Positions 45,557-48,013 of a stretch of 48,013 nucleotides of DNA are shown piece by piece. The notes beneath the pieces are model-generated. The model saw nothing but the letters and a program-made list of their open reading frames with translations, was not told the origin of the DNA and did no database searches. Each line of letters begins with the position of its first letter. Position 1 is the stretch's first letter. This DNA is from Alphaproteobacteria bacterium (lineage in GTDB: Bacteria > Pseudomonadota > Alphaproteobacteria > ATCC43930 > CGMCC-115725): NCBI GenBank assembly GCA_050181375.1, contig JBFXDF010000001.1, forward strand, positions 1 through 48,013, read 5' to 3'. A program made the translations under genes and the position numbers.

Positions 45557-46339
45557 TTAAAGCGCACTCCTCCGGCTGCTCCCGCCGCCATCGATCGTGA
45601 CGATCGTGCCGGTCGTGTAGCCGGAGCGGTCGGAGGCGAGGAAGGCCATCATGTCGGCGATCTCGCGCGGTTTGGCGGCGCGGCCGAACGCGTAACCGGC
45701 CAGCAACTCCTGCCAGCGTTCGGGGTCGCCGAGCCGCAGCTCGGCGCGGTGGCGGTTCAGCGTGATCAGCCGCTCGGTCATCACCGGACCGGGGTTGATT
45801 CCGATCACCCGGAGACCGTCGCGCGGCGCGGTGCCGCCGATGGCGCGGGTGAACGCCATCAGCGAGGCGTTGCCCGAGGAGCCGGCGACATAGTCGAAAT
45901 CCGGGTTTTCGCCGGCCGCGCCGAGGATGTTGACGATAACCCCGGCCTTGCGTCCGGCCATCAGCGCGTAGAAGCGGCGCGTCATGTTGATATAGCCGAA
46001 CACCTTGAGGTCCCACGCCTCGCGCCACCGCACCTCGTCGATTTGCGCGATGTTGCCGCCGGGGATCGCACCGGCGTTGTTGACCAGGATCTCGGTGTCG
46101 GCGCACTCGGCTGCGAGCCGGTCGACATTGCGGCTGTCGCTGAGGTCGAGCGCGTAGTAACGCACCGCGACATTGTGCTCGCCGGCGATCTTCGCGCGGG
46201 CCGCTTCGAGGTCGGCTTCGGTTCGCGCCACCAGCACGACATCGCAGCCTTCCTCGGCCAAGACCTCGGCGCAGGCCCGGCCGATCCCCTTCGATGCTCC
46301 AGTGACGAGCGCTTTCTTGCCGCGCAAGCCCAGTTCCAT
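45557..46339 (-). CDS. SDR family oxidoreductase
   Basis: Internal ATG after GAGGGGAGG. KKALVTGASKGIGRA, NNAG. Confidence 0.88.
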   Translation of the reverse strand: MELGLRGKKALVTGASKGIGRACAEVLAEEGCDVVLVARTEADLEAARAKIAGEHNVAVRYYALDLSDSRNVDRLAAECADTEILVNNAGAIPGGNIAQIDEVRWREAWDLKVFGYINMTRRFYALMAGRKAGVIVNILGAAGENPDFDYVAGSSGNASLMAFTRAIGGTAPRDGLRVIGINPGPVMTERLITLNRHRAELRLGDPERWQELLAGYAFGRAAKPREIADMMAFLASDRSGYTTGTIVTIDGGGSSRRSAL

Positions 46340-46364
46340 CTTAATTCCTCCCCTCAGCGGCGCA

Positions 46365-47735
46365 TTATTTTGCGGCCAGCCGGGCGACTTCGCCGGCATC
46401 GGTGAGGCTGTCGAGACCCTCGATCGCGCGGCGCAGTTCGCGGGTGCGGGCGGCGCCGAGGACCGGCTCGGCGAGCGCGTCGAATTTCGCCGCGAGCCGT
46501 TCGCCCTGCGCCGTGATGTCGGCGCTTGGGACGCCGGCGTCGTGGCTCGCTCGCAGCACGCTGCCGTCGGTCAGCGTGACCGCGATCTCGGCGGCGGCTT
46601 GCGGCCAGTTGTCCTGGAAGTCGAGTTTCACCTTGTCGCGCAGCGCGACGAGACCGGGGTCGTTGGCGGTGGCGGGGCTGTAGGCGGCGAGGCTCGCGGT
46701 ATCGACGCCGGAGAGCGCCATCGCGACGGTCTGGCGCAGGCTGAATTTCGCCTCGAGCCCGTCGGTCGGGGAGGGGATGTTGCACACCCGGTCGCAGCTG
46801 CGATCGAGTTTCAGGGCCACCCGAGCGATCCGCTCGGGGACGACGCCATGATTTGCGCGGACGGCGCGGGCGGCTTCGATCGGACCGTGCGTCAAATAGC
46901 AGGCGGCGTGGTATTTGAACAAATTCGCGAGGATGTGAAACCCGCCCGGCGGATCGGCCAACGCCGCGTCGGGATGAAAATTGGGGCCGTGCGTCAAGGC
47001 AAAACCCTGCTCGCATTCGACAAGGTCGGGCCGGCTCGAAAAACCGCGCGCGGCGAGCCGCGCCGCGAGCAGGCCGTTATGCGACGCCTTGCCGGCGTGG
47101 AACGGCTTGCACATCGTGCCGAACTGCGATTTGAGGCCGGCCGCCTGCGTGCCGGCGATGCCGAGCGCCTGCGCCGTGACCTCGGCGTCGAGACCGAGCA
47201 GCCGGGCGCATGCGGCGGCGGCGCCGAAACAGCCGACCGTGCCGGTCGCGTGAAAGCCGAGATTGTAATGCCCCGGGCGCAGCGCCGAGCCGATCCGGCA
47301 GGCGGTCTCATAGCCGGCAACAAACGCCGCGACGACGTCGCGGCCGCGGCTGCGGCGCTGTTCGGCGAGGGCCAGAAGACCGGGCAGGATCGCGACCGAC
47401 GGGTGGCCCGGCATCGCCAGGTTGACGTCGTCGTAATCGAGCGCGTGGCCGGCGGCGCCGTTGACGAGGGCGGCCGACAGCGCCGGCAGCCGCGCCGAGC
47501 GGCCGATCAGGCTCGCCTGCGCCGCTCCTCCGGCTTCCGCCAGTTCGTCGAGCATTATCCCGACAAGCGGGTCGTCGGCGCCGGCGAGCGCGACGCCGTA
47601 ATAATCGAGCACGCATTGCCGGGCCAATTCGCGCACCGCCTCGGGGAGCGCGTCGTAGGTCACCGCACTCGCCCGGGTTGCCAGATCGCGCGTCAGGCCG
47701 GTGGTCTGGGTGCGGCCTGCGAGATCGCCGTCCAT
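46365..47735 (-). CDS. MmgE/PrpD family protein (2-methylcitrate dehydratase-like)
   Basis: 456 aa. Resembles PrpD N- and C-terminal domains (LDYYGVALAG..., GFHATGTVGCFGAAAA). Confidence 0.88.
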   Translation of the reverse strand: MDGDLAGRTQTTGLTRDLATRASAVTYDALPEAVRELARQCVLDYYGVALAGADDPLVGIMLDELAEAGGAAQASLIGRSARLPALSAALVNGAAGHALDYDDVNLAMPGHPSVAILPGLLALAEQRRSRGRDVVAAFVAGYETACRIGSALRPGHYNLGFHATGTVGCFGAAAACARLLGLDAEVTAQALGIAGTQAAGLKSQFGTMCKPFHAGKASHNGLLAARLAARGFSSRPDLVECEQGFALTHGPNFHPDAALADPPGGFHILANLFKYHAACYLTHGPIEAARAVRANHGVVPERIARVALKLDRSCDRVCNIPSPTDGLEAKFSLRQTVAMALSGVDTASLAAYSPATANDPGLVALRDKVKLDFQDNWPQAAAEIAVTLTDGSVLRASHDAGVPSADITAQGERLAAKFDALAEPVLGAARTRELRRAIEGLDSLTDAGEVARLAAK

Positions 47736-47837
47736 AGCGCCTCTCCTTGTAGGTAGATGGGCGAAGCCGCCCGGAGCCGCTGCATCGTATCACGATCCGC
47801 CTGCCGCCGCCGCCGCTGCGCGCTGCCGCTGCTGCAT

Positions 47838-48013
47838 CGGGGTTCGAATTGCGGGACGCGATCGGCCGATTTTCCCTGTTTTCGGAGGCGGTTTGCTGCT
47901 TCTGCAGCGAATCAGCAGCAAACGCCGGCAGAAACGTTTGCACCTCAAGCGCGTAGCGGCGGCGACCAGCAAAATCTGCAGCAAGGAACGATAAATGTTG
48001 TGCCTGCTCTTCC
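47838..48013 (+). repeat. Dispersed intergenic repeat, copy C (runs to the window edge)
   Basis: GGTTCGAATT at 47841-47850. Hairpin TTTGCTGCT (47892-47900) pairs with AGCAGCAAA (47914-47922). Aligns to copy B directly and to copy A in reverse complement. Confidence 0.7.

Noticed and set aside
47838-47860. A tRNA T-arm-like GGTTCGAATT string, also present at 37206-37215.
   Set aside because: The flanking bases do not form a T-stem (CGGGG versus TGCGG). No acceptor, anticodon or D arms could be built. The string is simply part of the dispersed repeat.
1-48013. Search for mobile-element or defence hallmarks: transposase, integrase, tRNA att sites, restriction, Cas, helicase-nuclease genes.
   Set aside because: None were recognised in any frame. 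The low-G+C pockets lack recombinase genes, so no mobile_element feature is called.

Overview
This is a 48-kb high-G+C chromosomal segment that looks alphaproteobacterial. Supporting signs are a GcrA-like regulator, MinCDE plus ZapE, TatA, and Hyphomicrobiales-style 'GTCATTGCGAG...GAAGCAATC' palindromic repeats. The taxonomic guess is inference only.

I call about 51 protein-coding genes. I saw no rRNA, tRNA, CRISPR array, transposase or integrase.

The backbone is housekeeping or core metabolism:
- Carbon and storage: glgA, aroQ, sodB, and gap, tkt and pgk on one strand.
- Cell division: gcrA-like, minCDE, zapE.
- Export: tatA.
- LPS heptose synthesis: hldD/hldE.
- Assorted transporters and oxidoreductases.

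The unusual material sits in small pockets of lower G+C:
1. A ~0.55-kb AT-rich insert lies inside a MoxR-AAA+/VWA operon. It carries a His-rich mini membrane ORF with broken hydrophobic frames upstream.
2. An orphan two-gene module encodes a secreted Cys/Pro-rich protein with an unrecognised C-terminal domain, coupled to a 67-aa membrane protein. Together with a PEBP gene and a PEP-CTERM protein, it separates gap, tkt and pgk.
3. A DUF4160/DUF2442 toxin-antitoxin-like pair sits on a 0.6-kb islet.
4. An alpha/beta hydrolase is fused in frame to a small conserved module that keeps its own RBS and ATG.
5. A SAM-methyltransferase gene changes composition abruptly in its 3' third, next to a compact gcrA-like gene flanked by hairpins.
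6. A dispersed hairpin-containing intergenic repeat has three copies, and a second family of nested palindromes has two.

I cannot demonstrate a complete, clearly novel multi-gene system from sequence alone. Items 1 and 2 are my best candidates. All family assignments rest on motif recognition by eye, and no database searches were run. Many long Arg/Ala-rich ORFs in the track are antisense shadows of real genes and were discarded.
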